Source: Macrostomum lignano
Lineage: Eukaryota
Assembly: GCA_002269645.1 (NCBI GenBank)
Contig: NIVC01000945.1
Span: 124,001-188,000 of the forward strand
Reading direction: 5' to 3'
Length of the DNA stretch: 64,000 nucleotides
This document shows, in pieces, positions 31,901 to 44,534 of this stretch. The number at the start of each line of letters is the position of its first letter. Position 1 is the first letter of the stretch. Below the pieces are notes generated by a model. It was not told where the DNA came from, did no database searches, and saw only the letters and a list, made by a program, of their open reading frames with translations. The position numbers and the translations under genes were made by a program.

Positions 31901-33155
31901 TAGTCAGTTAGTTAGTCAGTTAGTTAGTCAGTTAGTTAGTTAATCAGTTAGTCAGTTAGTTAGTCAGTTAGTCAGTTAGTCAGTTAGTCAGTCAGTCAGT
32001 TAGTCAGTCAGTCAGTTAGTCAGTCAGTCAGTTAGTCAGTTAGTCAGTTAGTCAGTTAGTCAGTTAGTTAGTTAGTCAGTCAGTCAGTTAGTCAGTTAGT
32101 CAGTTAGTCAGTTAGTTAGTTAGTTAGTTAGTTAGTCAGTTAGTTAGTCAGTTAGTCAGTCAGTTAGTTAGTTAGTTAGTTAGTCAGTTAGTTAGTTAGT
32201 TAGTCAGTTAGTTAGTTAGTTAGTTAGTCAGTTAGTCAGTTAGTTAGTTACTCACTGGACGAACCATACGGGCACTTTCGTTGCGCAGCAGTTTCCTCTC
32301 CTCCTCTTTCCTCTTCGAAGACAGTGTTGAGCTCGCTAGAATCGGCCGCTCTACTTGACGAGTCATCGCTGTATGCCAGTCTGTTGAAGTCCGTCAACCT
32401 GTTTACATCTGTGAAAGATTATAAAAACGTTTTTGTGCATCGATGGTTGTAATAGCTTCACAGCTTTCAAACTATTTCGAGTCATATCATACGCGAATCT
32501 CACCTCTTCAAATCTCACCCCCACGAATCTCACCCCTACGAATCTCACCTCTTCGAATCTCACTCCTACGAATCTTACCCGTACGAATCTCACCCGTACG
32601 AATCTCTCCTCTACGAATCTCACCCATACGAATCTCTCCTCTACGAATCTCACCCCTACGAATCTCGCCCGTACGAATCTCACCCCTACGAATCTCTCCT
32701 CTACGAATCTCACCCCTACTAATCTCGCCCGTACAAATCTCACCCCTACGAATCTCTCCTTTACGAATCTATCCTCTACGAATCTCACCCCTACGAATCT
32801 CTCCTTTACGAATCTATCCTCTACGAATCTCACCCCTACGAATCTCTCCTTTACGAATCTATCCTCTACTAATCTCACCCCTACGAATCTCTCCTTTACG
32901 AATCTATTCTCTACTAATCTCACCCCTACGAATCTCTCCTTTACGAATCTCTTGTATAACAATTTTTTTAGTCTTTTTTGTTTCGGTGCTGCTGAATAAA
33001 AATGAACATGAAAATGAAATACTGTGGTACTCACTAATCTCAGGACTCAGCACTGACTCATCATCGCTGGTTGGCAACCCGACAGTCAGCCCGCATGCCA
33101 ACAGAGCAATCAGCAGTATCAGCCAAACCAATCTTATTGACCGCCTTGCTGCCAT
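28985..33155 (-). CDS. Orphan secreted lysine-rich repeat protein, ~922 aa; exons 33155-33035, 32408-32256, 31556-29176, 29098-28985
   Basis: Signal peptide MAARRSIRLVWLILLIALLACGLTVG, then an acidic region, a Cys cluster (CQAMCPKCVC), ~550 aa of KKAGKKVKKGA/KKVKKGA repeats, a GHKS/GYKS block and an acidic final exon ending KIFFRY*. Splice phases 1,1,0 are consistent with GT-AG sites. Confidence 0.85.
31590..32250. repeat. (AGTT/AGTC)n tetranucleotide microsatellite in Lys-rich gene intron 2
   Basis: Read directly. Confidence 0.96.
32490..32950. repeat. 15-nt minisatellite in Lys-rich gene intron 1
   Basis: acgaatctcacccct, about 30 copies. Confidence 0.94.
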
Positions 33156-33984
33156 GTTCAAATTTCCTTTCAGGATAAAGGAAAGGTGTTAACTTGATGG
33201 CGACTCCTAGCTGTTGAGATGCAGATAAGAGAGTCTGCAACTGCCAGACCTGCTGACACGAGACTCAACTAAGCTGAGAAAACGTGCCTTAATAAAAAAA
33301 GAGTTTTGGCAAGTGGAGCCATGCAGTTGCTATTGTTCGACTCAGATTCGGACACACAGCGACACAAGCAGAGACAGAGAGACAGAGAGATGAAAAATGA
33401 AATAACCGTGTACAATTTTGTTGTCGTTGAGTTTCTATTCAACCCATGGTTTTTCTCAGTGATGATGCACGTGTGTCTCTCTATACAGGCTATGCAAGCC
33501 CCCCCCCGCACTCGTGCAGCATCTGCCCTAACTCATTCATTTGCTGGTTGCTTCTGAAAATTGGCTCTCAAAACATTGCTTGGCACAACATAATAATGGA
33601 CGATATATGCAGTGAAGTATGTAGGTCAGTTTGTTGAACTGTCAATTCAAAAATAGGCCACTTTGTTGACCTGCAGGGGTCGGCGGACTCTTCTCCTCTC
33701 CTTTTCTCATCTCATAGCTCATCTCCTCTCGTCTCTTCTCTCTCCCCTGAGAGAGATTAGCTGACTATTCAATTTCTAATTTCACAGTTAACAGAAGCAG
33801 TCGCAGCCACAGAAATAACAGTACGAGTACTTTGGTCAATTATTAATATTCGGACAGTAAGCTCGGGAATTTAATTGGCGATAATTGATAAAATTTCACA
33901 GTGAGTAGCAATGACTGTTTATTAATTTATAAGCGCGTCCTTTGAACCGTCCGATCGGGAACCGAGTCTCTCTGCAGCTCATCT

Positions 33985-36900
33985 CTACAGCCTCCTGGCA
34001 ACACCGTGATGGTCATCCTTGCCTGTTGTGCAGAGAGAAGTACAGATCACGTGATGCGTAGTTAATTTATGATTGGATTTTGAGAAAAAAAATTGACTGA
34101 ATTCTACAACCACCTTTATATAAACACTCATTATAGCTTCTACTTACTCTCTAGTGCTTTATAAACACTCATTATAGCTTCTACTTACTCTCTAGTGCTA
34201 TATAAACACTCATTATAGCTTCTATTTACTCTCTAGTGCTATATAAACACTCATTATAGCTTCTACTTACTCTCTAGTGCTATATAAACACTCATTATAG
34301 CTTCTATATACTCTCTAGTGCTTTGTAAACACCCATTTTAGTCTTTACTTACTCTCTACTGCTTTATAAACACCCATTTAAGCTTTTACTTATATTCTAG
34401 TGCTATATAAACACTCATTTTAGCTTCTACTTACTCTAGTGCTTTATAAACACTCATTTTAGCTACTACTTACTCTTTACTGCTTTATAAACACCCATTT
34501 AAGCTTCTACTTACATTCTAGTGCTTTATAAACACTCATTATAGCTTCTACTTACTCTAGTGCTTTATAAACACTCATTTTAGCTACTACTTACTCTCTA
34601 CTGCTTTATAAACTCCCATTTAAGCTTCTACTTACATTCTAGTGCTTTATAAACACTCATTTTAGCTACTACTTACTCTCTACTGCTTTATAAACTCCCA
34701 TTTAAGCTTCTACTTACATTCTAGTGCTTTATAAACACTCATTTTAGCTTCTACTTACTCTAGTGCTTTATAAACACTCATTTTAGCTACTACTTACTCT
34801 CTACTGCTTTATAAACACCCATTTGAGCTTCTACTTACATTCTAGTGCTTTATAAACACTCATTATAGCTTCTACTTACTCTTCAGTGCTATATAAACAC
34901 TCATTATAGCTTCTACTTACTCTTCAGTGCTATATAAACACTCATTATAGCTTCTACTTACTCTTCAGTGCTATATAAACACTCATTATAGCTTCTACTT
35001 ACTATTCAGTGCTATATAAACACTCATTATAGCTTCTACTTACTTTTCAGTGCTATACAAACACTCATTTTAGCTTCTACCTACTCTTCAGTGCTATATA
35101 AACACTCATTTTAGCTTTTACTTACTCTTCAGTGCTATATAAACAGTAAACACTCATTTTAGCTTCTACTTACTCTTCAGTGCTATATAAACACTCATTA
35201 TAGCTTCTACTTACTCTTCAGTGCTATATAAACACTCATTATAGCTTCTACTTACTATTCAGTGCTATATAAACACTCATTATAGCTTCTACTTACTTTT
35301 CAGTGCTATACAAACACTCATTTTAGCTTCTACCTACTCTTCAGTGCTATATAAACACTCATTTTAGCTTTTACTTACTCTTCAGTGCTATATAAACAGT
35401 AAACACTCATTTTAGCTTCTACTTACTCTTCAGTGCTATATAAACACTCATTATAGCTTCTACCTACTCTTCAGTGCTATATAAACACTCATTATAGCTT
35501 CTACTTACTCTTCAGTGCTATATAAACACTCATTATAGCTTCTACTTACTCTCTAGTGCTATATAAACACTCATTATAGCTTCTACTTACTCTTCAGTGC
35601 TGTATAAACAGTAAACACTCATTATAGCTTCTACTTACTCTCTAGTGCTATATAAACACTCATTTTAACTTCTACTTACTCTTCAGTGCTATATAAACAG
35701 TAAACACTCATTATAGCTTCTACTTACTCTCTGGTGCTGTATAAACACTCATTTTAGCTTCTACTTACTCTTCAGTGCTATATAAACACTCACTATAGCA
35801 TCTACTTACTCTTCAGTGCTATATAAACAATCACTATAGCTTCTACTTACTCTTCAGTGCTATATAAACACTCACTATAGCATCTACTTACTCTTCAGTG
35901 CTATATAAACACTCACTATAGCATCTACTTACTCTTCAGTGCTATATAAACACTCACTATAGCATCTACTTACTCTTCAGTGCTATATAAACACTCACTA
36001 TAGCATCTACTTACTCTTCAGTGCTATATAAACACTCACTATAGCATCTACTTACTCTTCAGTGCTATATAAACACTCACTATAGCATCTACTTACTCTT
36101 CAGTGCTATATAAACACTCACTATAGCATCTACTTACTCTTCAGTGCTATATAAACACTCACTATAGCATCTACTTACTCTTCAGTGCTATATAAACACT
36201 CACTATAGCATCTACTTACTCTTCAGTGCTATATAAACAGTAAACACTCATTTTAGCTTCTACTTACTCTTCAGTGCTATATAAACAGTAAACACTCATT
36301 ATATCTTCTACTTACTCTTCAGTGCTATATAAACACTCATTATAGCTTCTACTTACTCTTCAGTGCTATATAAACACTCACTATAGCATCTACTTACTCT
36401 TCAGTGCTATATAAACAGTAAACACTCATTTTAGCTTCTACTTACTCTTCAGTGCTATATAAACAGTAAACACTCATTTTAGCTTCTACTTACTCTTCAG
36501 TGCTATATAAACACTCATTATAGCTTCTACTTACTCTTCAGTGCTATATAAACACTCACTATAGCTTCTACTTACTCTTCAGTGCTATATAAACACTCAT
36601 TTTAGCTTCTACTTACTCTTCAGTGCTATATAAACACTCATTATAGCTTCTACTTACTCTTCAGTGCTATATAAACACTCATTATAGCTTCTACTTACTC
36701 TTCAGTGCTATATAAACACTCATTATAGCTTCTACTTACTCCCTAGTGCTTTTTAAACACTCATTATAGCTTCTACTTACTCTTCAGTGCTCTACTCTCT
36801 AGTGCTCTATAAACACTCATTTTAGCTTCTACTTACATTCTAGTGCTTTATAAACACTCATTTTAGCTTCTACTTACTCTTCAGTGCTTTATAAACACTC

Positions 36901-38802
36901 ATTATAGCTTCTACTTACTCTCTTATAAACACTCAACTAAAGTGCTCACCGAGATTAGTGTAAACAATAACGACAATCACCCCGAGCAGAAATACTACTC
37001 CTAACGAGATGAAGATCACGTTGAGAATTTTCCTGAGCAGAGGCAGCTGCAGGTCCTGGATCTGCTCCAATTGGTCGTCATCGATTCGTTTGTCCTGGAT
37101 TTTGAAATTAGTTAAAATAATTTATATATACCTTGGTAAACAAAAGCCATTAATCATATTGCGCGTTGTAACAATCAGAGCAATTCCCCTCCGAGACATC
37201 AGAGCAATTCCCCTCCGAGACATCAGACCAATTCCCCTCCGAGACATCAGACCAATTCCCCTCCGAGACATCAGACCGATTCCCCTCCAAGACATCAGAC
37301 CAATTCCCCTCCGAGACATCAGAGCAATTCCCCCCCGAGACATCAGAGCAATTCCCCTCCAAGACATCAGACCAATTCCCCGCCGAGACATCAGACCAAT
37401 TCCCCTCCGAGACATCAGACCAATTCCCCTCCGAGACATCAGACCAATTCCCCTCCGAGACATCAGACCAATTCCCCTCCGAGACATCAGACCAATTCCC
37501 CCCCGAGACATCAGAGCAATTCCCCTCCAAGACATCAGAGCAATTCCCCGCCGAGACATCAGACCAATTCCCCTCCAAGACATCAGACCAATTCCCCGCC
37601 GAGACATCAGACCAATTCCCCTCCGAGACATCAGAGCAATTCCCCTCCAAGACATCAGATTAATTCCCCTCCGAGACATCAGAGCAATTCCCCCCCGAGA
37701 CATCAGAGCAATTCCCCTCCAAGACATCAGACCAATTCCCCGCCGAGACATCAGACCAATTCCCCTCCGAGACATCAGACCAATTCCCCGCCGAGACATC
37801 AGACCAATTCCCCGCCGAGACATCAGACCAATTCCCCTCCAAGACATCAGACCAATTCCCCTCCAAGACATCAGAGCAATTCCCCTCCGAGACATCAGAG
37901 CAATTCCCCTCTAAGACATCAGAGCAATTCCCCTCCGAGACATCAGACCAATTCCCCTCCAAGACATCAGAGCAATTCCCCTCCAAGACATCAGACCAAT
38001 TCCCCTCCAAGACATCAGAGCAATTCCCCTCCAAGACATCAGAGCAATTCCCCTCCAAGACATCAGACCAATTCCCCTCCGAGACATCAGAGCAATTCCC
38101 CTCCAAGACATCAGAGCAATTCCCCTCCAAGTCATCAGAGCAATTCCCCTCCAAGACATCAGAGCAATTCCCCTCCAAGACATCAGACCAATTCCCCTCC
38201 GAGACATCAGAGCAATTCCCCTCTGAGACACCTCTTTATCCTCTATTTGAACGCTGCCTTCTTTTCTATCGCACGAGATATACCTTGCCATATTCCTTTG
38301 AATCCGACTCTGCTCGACGGTAAGCTTGAAAATTCACGTTTATAATTCATTATTCACTTTTGTCAGTCAACGATTTTCTGAGTAGGTAAAAAGAAAATAA
38401 TCTTCTTATTTCTTTGAAATCAAAATTTACCGATTCAATTTTTTGCTTTAATTAATCTGCATCTACAGAATCTTATCCATGAAATTGCCAAGCCCCAACC
38501 CGATCGGTGAGGCTTTGCATCTGTTAATTCCAGGAAAAGCACATCCGTCAGCCATCGGTTTTAATTAATTCTGACTATTTCCATGCAAAGACACGTGCTG
38601 ATAAAGCCTGCTGATTTTCTTCTTTCAGCTTTCCATAGGGCCGTGCTTTTATTGTTGCATGTAATTGCAGCTCAGGCCTGCATTCCTGGCGGATCTGACA
38701 GTTACCTGAACAGAATAGATTCTTGCACTTTTCACTGCTCTGCTCCTTTTCCCTTCGAGTTTTCTGTTCTGTCTGTTCTGTCTGTCTGTCTGTCTGTCAG
38801 AG

Positions 38803-38845
<43 letters not shown>

Positions 38846-38874
38846 GTGTCTGTCTGTCTGTCTGTCTGTCTGTG

Positions 38875-38933
<59 letters not shown>

Positions 38934-38961
38934 GTGTCTGTCTGTCTGTCCGTCTGTCCGT

Positions 38962-39030
<69 letters not shown>

Positions 39031-39034
39031 CGCC

Positions 39035-39066
<32 letters not shown>

Positions 39067-39068
39067 CC

Positions 39069-39114
<46 letters not shown>

Positions 39115-41359
39115 CTGTCTGTCTGTCTGTCTGTCTGCCTGCCTGTCTGTCTCAACCAGCCTCACCTGCAGTAGAGTGACAATTCTATCCACCGTAGGGT
39201 GCTTTCTCGCCCTCCGCATAAACTGCCGGCCGCCCCTGACCCCGTGGCAGCCTCTGCGCTGTCGCTGCTGCCTCTTGGCCTGCGACAGCTGGCCCCGCTG
39301 CTGTTGGCTGCCGGCTCGAGATTTGCCGGACAGCCGGCCCTGGCGTTTCTGCTGCAGCTGCTGCTGCCGAACTGTGGCTGCGAGGCCAACAACGGTGGGA
39401 ATTCGAGTCGTCTGTTGAGTGGCCGACTGCAGAAGCAACGGCTCACCGCCGCTGCCTCCTTCGCTGTTGTCACTGAGCTTCAAAATTTCATTGCTGCTAC
39501 TTGTGCTGCCTTGCCGTCCTTGATGCTGAATCTGAACGTGCTGATGATGATGTTGATGTCGCGTGTAGTCTGTGTAGCGCTGGTGACTTCTGGCCGGCAG
39601 CTCGTATCGGGCGGCTGATGACTCGGCAAGATCTGGCGTGGTGCCGTTTGACGATGACAGCTCGGGGTCCGTGTCTGGGATGAGGAGCAGATGGGTTGAT
39701 GGTTGAGTTTTTGAGATCGGTGGAATGCAGTGAGTTTTATGACAGCGAGACAGGTGACGAGTTTGGTGAGAAGGAGAATAGAGGGAGACAAATGAGAGGG
39801 TGTCAGGTGAGAGAGTTTCAGGTGAGAGCGTGTCAGGTGAGAGGGTGTCAGGTGAGAGGGTTTTAGGTAAGAGGGTGTCAGGTGAGGAGGGTGTCAGGTA
39901 AGAGGGTGTCAGGTAAGAGGGTATGAGGTGAGGAGGGTGTCAGGTGAGAGGGTGTCAGGTGAGAGGGTGTCAGGTGAGAGGATGTCAGGTGAGACGGAGT
40001 CAGGTGAGACGGAGATAATTGAGAGGGAGATACGTGAGAGGGAGATAGGTGGAAGAAAAATTGGTGAGAGGGAGATAGGTGAGAGGAAAATAGGTGAGAG
40101 GTAGATAGGTGAAAGGGAGATAGGTCAGAGGGAGATAGGTGAGGGGGAGATAGGTGAGAGGGAGATAGGTGAGAGGGAGATAGGGGAGTGGGAGATAGGT
40201 GAGAGGGTGTCAGGTGAGAGGGTGTCAGGTTACAGAGTGTCAGGTGAGACGGAGTCAGGTGAGACGAAGATAAGTGAGAGGGAGACAAGGTGAGTGGGAG
40301 ATAGGTGAGAGGGTGTCAGGTTACAGAGTGTCAGGTGAGACGGAGTCAGGTGAGACGAAGATAAGTGAGAGGGAGACAAGGTGAGTGGGAGATAGGTGAG
40401 AGGGTGTCAGGTGAGAGGGTGTCAGGTTAGAGGGTATCAGGTGAGAGGGAGATAGGTGAGAGGGAGATAGGTGAGAGGGAGATAGGTGAGAGGGAGATAG
40501 GTGAGAGAAAGAGAGATAGATGAGCGAGATAGGTGAGACGGAGATACGAGTGTGAGAAGGAGACAGGTGAGAGGGAGACAGGTGAGAGGGAGACAGGTGA
40601 GAGGGAGACAGGTGAGAGGGAGACAGGTGAGAGGGAGACAGGTGAGAGGGAGACAGGTGAGAGGGAGACAGGTGAGAGGGAGACAGGTGAGAGGGAGACA
40701 GGTGAGGGGGAGACAGGTGAGAGGGAGACAGGTGAGAGGGAGACAGGTGAGAGGGAGACAGGTGAGAGGGAGACAGGTGAGAGGGAGACAGGTGAGAGGG
40801 AGACAGGTGAGAGGGAGACAGGTGAGAGGGAGACAGGTGAGAGGGAGACAGGTGAGAGGGAGACAGGTGAGAGGGAGACAGGTGAGAGGGAGACAGGTGA
40901 GAGGGAGACAGGTGAGAGGGAGACAGGTGAGAGGGAGACAGGTGAGAGGGAGACAGGTGAGAGGGAGATAGGTGAGAGGGAGACAGGTGAGAGGGAGACA
41001 GGTGAGAGGGAGACAGGTGAGAGGGAGACAGGTGAGAGGGAGACAGGTGAGAGGGAGACAGGTGAGAGGGAGACAGGTGAGAGGGAGACAGGTGAGAGGG
41101 AGACAGGTGAGAGGGAGACAGGTGAGAGGGAGACAGGTGAGAGGGAGACAGGTGAGAGGGAGACAAGTGAGAGGGAGATAGGTGAGAGGGAGATAGGTGA
41201 GAGGGAAAGAAGTGTCTCACCATCAATAACCTGGTCATCTTCATGGCGCAGCTCTCCTCCACAACCGTATCGATAGCTGCTTGCTGACTGCTGCGGCAAA
41301 TGCAACGGCCGCTTGACCGATTCCTGAGCGTAACATTGAAATTCATCGTCCGAATGCAT
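33985..41359 (-). CDS. Orphan single-pass, C-terminally anchored membrane protein, ~307 aa; exons 41359-41221, 39674-39166, 38324-38232, 37094-36950, 34022-33985
   Basis: Five non-repetitive islands between tandem arrays join in frame at GT-AG sites (phases 1,0,0,1). The product has a Q/H/S/R-rich body, one hydrophobic helix ILNVIFISLGVVFLLGVIVVIVY and a short tail ending GKDDHHGVARRL*. No family recognised. Confidence 0.7.
34110..36930. repeat. ~41-nt minisatellite, ~2.8 kb, filling the last intron of the orphan membrane-protein gene
   Basis: ttctacttactcttcagtgctatataaacactcattatagc variants in homogeneous blocks. Confidence 0.96.
37170..38225. repeat. 24-nt intronic minisatellite
   Basis: agacatcagagcaattcccctccg, about 44 copies. 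Confidence 0.96.
38770..39150. repeat. (CTGT)n intronic microsatellite
   Basis: Read directly. Confidence 0.96.
39790..41210. repeat. 15-nt intronic minisatellite (ggtgagagggagaca)n
   Basis: Near-perfect from 40555 to 41205, degenerate towards 39790. Confidence 0.96.
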
Positions 41360-41929
41360 CTCAGTTCAACAGGGATCCACTTCAGTTGTAGACAGACGCA
41401 GTTAATACTCGTAGAAGGGTGCGCGGCCGGGACTGGAAAATTTGCTATGCTTCTAGGAGCAGTTAGTATTCATCTGTTTTCCACTTCTCTGTGGTCTACT
41501 CCCTCCTAGCGCTCTGCCCCTTCTTTTCCACCTCTCCCCATTCAGTTTCTCAGGCTGAGGCGGCGGTTAGGTTTCCCTTTTTTCTCCCCCCCCCTCGCCG
41601 CCTCGCCTCCCCCTCGCCCTCGAATCGCCGCTCAACCCCTCCCCGAAGCCGTCCCGAGCATTCAAGCAGCTTCTGTAGCGAGGAAATTGAAAAAAATACC
41701 AGCGCTACTTCTTACCTCTAGAATTTTTTCTCCAAGCAGAGTCAACTCGTGACCGAGAGAGAAGGAGAGAGTCTGTGTGTGTCTATCGGGCAGGGAAGCA
41801 GTTGAGAAGTCGCTCTTTTCCTATAAGGCCCTCAAAACCTGAATCGCATAATTAATAAAGCAAAATTTTGTGAGCCATCAAAAAGAAGAAAAAACCTATT
41901 TTTTGTAGCCAGGAGTTTCTCTGGCTAGT

Positions 41930-43275
41930 TCCCTGTGTCTCCATGACTCCCCTTGTCTCCCCCATGTCTCCCGTGTCTCCCCGTGTCTCCCCCCTGTCTC
42001 CCCCTGTCTCCCTCTGTTTCTCCCTGTCTCCCCCTGTCTCCCCCTGTTTCTCCCTGTCTCCCCCTGTCTCCCCCTATCTCTCCATGACTCCCCCTGTCTC
42101 CCCCTGTCTCCCCCTGTCTCCCCCTGTCTCCCCGTGTCTCCCCCGTGTCTCCCCCTGTCTCCCCCTATCTCTCCATGACTCCCCCTGTCTCCCCCCTGTC
42201 TCCCCCCTGTCTCCCCCCTGTCTCCCCGTGTCTCCCCCGTGTCTCCCCCTGTCTCGCCTTGTTTCTCCCTGTCTCTCCATGACTCCCCCTGTCTCCCCGT
42301 GTCTCCCCGTGTCTCCCCCTGTCCCCCCTGTTTCTCCCTGTCCCCCCTGTCTCTCCATGACTCCCCTGTCTCCCCCTGTCTTCCCCCTGTTTCTCCCTGT
42401 CTCCCCCTGTACCCCCCTGTCCCCCCTGTCTCTTCATGACTCCCCTTGTCTCTCCCTGTTTCTCCCTGTCTCCCCCTGTTTCTCCCTGTCTCCCCCTGTC
42501 TTCCCCCTGTTTCTCCCTGTCTCCCCCTGTCTCCCCCTGTCTCGCCCTGTTTCTCCCTGTCTCCCCCTGTCCCCCCTGTCCCCCCTGTCTCTTCATGACT
42601 CCCCTTGTCTCCCCCTGTTTCTCCCTGTTTCTCCCTGTCTCCCCCTGTCTTCCCCTTGTTTCTCCCTGTCTCCCCCTGTTTCTCCCTTGTCTCCCTCTGT
42701 CCCCCCTGTCTTCCCCCTGTTTCTCCCTGTCTCCCCCTGTCTCCTTCTGTTTCTTCCTGTCTCCCCCTGTCTCCTTCTGTTTCTCCCTGTCTCCCCCTGT
42801 CCCCCTGTTTCTCCCTGTCTCCCCCTGTCTTCCCCCTGTCTCGCCCTGTTTCTCTCTGTCTCCCCCTGTCTCCCCCTGTTTCTCCCTGTCCCCCTGTCTT
42901 CCCCCTGTCTCGCCCTGTTTCTCTCTGTCTCCCCCTGTCTCCCCCTGTTTCTCCCTGTCCCCCTGTCTCCCCCTGTTTCTCCCTGTCCCCCCTGTCTTCC
43001 CCCTGTTTCTTCCTGTCTCCCCCTGTCTCCTTCTGTTTCTCCCTGTCTCCCCCTGTCTCCTTCTGTTTCTCCCTGTCTCCCCCTGTCTCCTTCTGTTTCT
43101 CCCTGTCTCCCCCTGTCTCCTTCTGTTTCTCCCTGTCTCCCCCTGTCCCCCCCCCCTGTTTCTCCCTGTCTCCCCCTGTCTTCCCCCTGTTTCTTCCTGT
43201 CTCCCCCTGTCTCCTTCTGTTTCTCCCTGTCTCCCTCTGTCTTCCCCCTGTTTCTCCCTGTCCCTCCCTGTCTCC
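41930..43275. repeat. Degenerate ~10-nt pyrimidine-rich array (ctccccctgt)n
   Basis: Read directly. Confidence 0.93.
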
Positions 43276-44457
43276 TTACTTTCTCAACAACTTCCTTCTC
43301 GCCACTGATTTCATAACTACAAAATTAAGGCGTCTTATCTAGTCCTAGGGCTGCAGGCTTAAATCAGATGATGAAGGTCTGTATCAATGTGCAGCTGTTT
43401 CGCTTTAGAAGAAAGATAATTACACGTTTCGCGGCTACTGCAAAGTTCCCAATCAAGCAGAAGAGACTATCTTCGATGATCTTATATTACTTTCTCATCT
43501 CCGGCTAACCAACTCAACTCAATTTTCCCCTGCAGCCAGTGCAACGGCGGATACAGTATTTTCACCGCGACCTTGAGTCTGAAGAGTAGAAGCAGCTGTG
43601 AAATAATCGCGAGAAAATGAGCTCGTAGTACGAGCTAAGTATGAAACGAAATATGAGTAGCTATGAGCTTAGGGGAGGGAAGGCAGACGGATTAAAGTGC
43701 AACAGATGCTTGCGTTAGCTTCCTGTTTTGCGTCATCCCTAAGAGCGAGTATTGATACGGGTATTTGTTATGCCCAGAAGTGTATGCATGAATATGACCT
43801 GGACAAGCAATTTGATTTTCATTTGTAGAGCTCACGTATTTAGGCGTGCATTTGGGCTTCACGAGGGCGTAAGAATCTTTGTAGCTCTTTGAAATTTTAC
43901 TGACTGTACTTTGGAAAAAGCAATGCCATCTCAAGAGTCAGTATTTAGTCAGTAAGTCCTCAAAAAGTCACTGACGGTCACTGGCAGCCAAAATCGTAGA
44001 CCCTACATCATTGCACGGATACATGCGTATTGTCGTTGTCGATTGCCTCTGTTTCGAGGCAACAGGAGACTAACAGGTCTGGAAGAATGCCTGTCTTGAA
44101 CTGGCGTGACTGACTGCTCCCAGACTGACTCGTTCAGAGTTTCTGTCTGCTGCAAATCTGTCACGGAAAACCAATGCTCTGGCACAGAAAATTTAAAGCG
44201 ACTTTGGCAGTCACTAAGGGGTTAAAACACGTTCTAAGTAACACCACGAGTCTTTGTGAACAAGTTTCTATTGGGTTTTGACTGCACTACCTCGGCGATA
44301 TTTTTGCCATCTTACATTTAATCCCTAGCTCTGTGAGATCTGCCTGCCCAACTTCATACATTTCTACTTTCAGTAGTTGATCTTTCCACTAGACAAGAAC
44401 GTCAACTCAACTGGACGTCTTAACGTCAACCGGAGAGGCGGCTCAGCGTGCTTGGCT

Positions 44458-44506
44458 CAAGGACCACTAGAAGAAAGAAACTACTAGTAACTTCTAGTGG
44501 TCCTTG
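44458..44506. mobile_element. 49-bp TIR-only insert
   Basis: Perfect 16-bp TIRs caaggaccactagaag / cttctagtggtccttg, a 17-bp filler and a perfect 8-bp TSD gcttggct (44450-44457, 44507-44514). Confidence 0.88.
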
Positions 44507-44534
44507 GCTTGGCTACGCCGACGATATCGCCCTG

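Noticed and set aside
38649-38705. Possible extra exon VTVRSARN... resembling a C2-domain start
   Set aside because: Hits an in-frame stop after 18 codons; skipping it gives a continuous frame to the TM exon.
37009-43342. Repeat ORFs (DIRPIPLR, SVCL, ERETG, SPPVSPC etc.)
   Set aside because: All coincide with tandem arrays. Only the unique ends at 41359-41221, 39674-39166 and 38324-38232 (minus strand) are used as exons.
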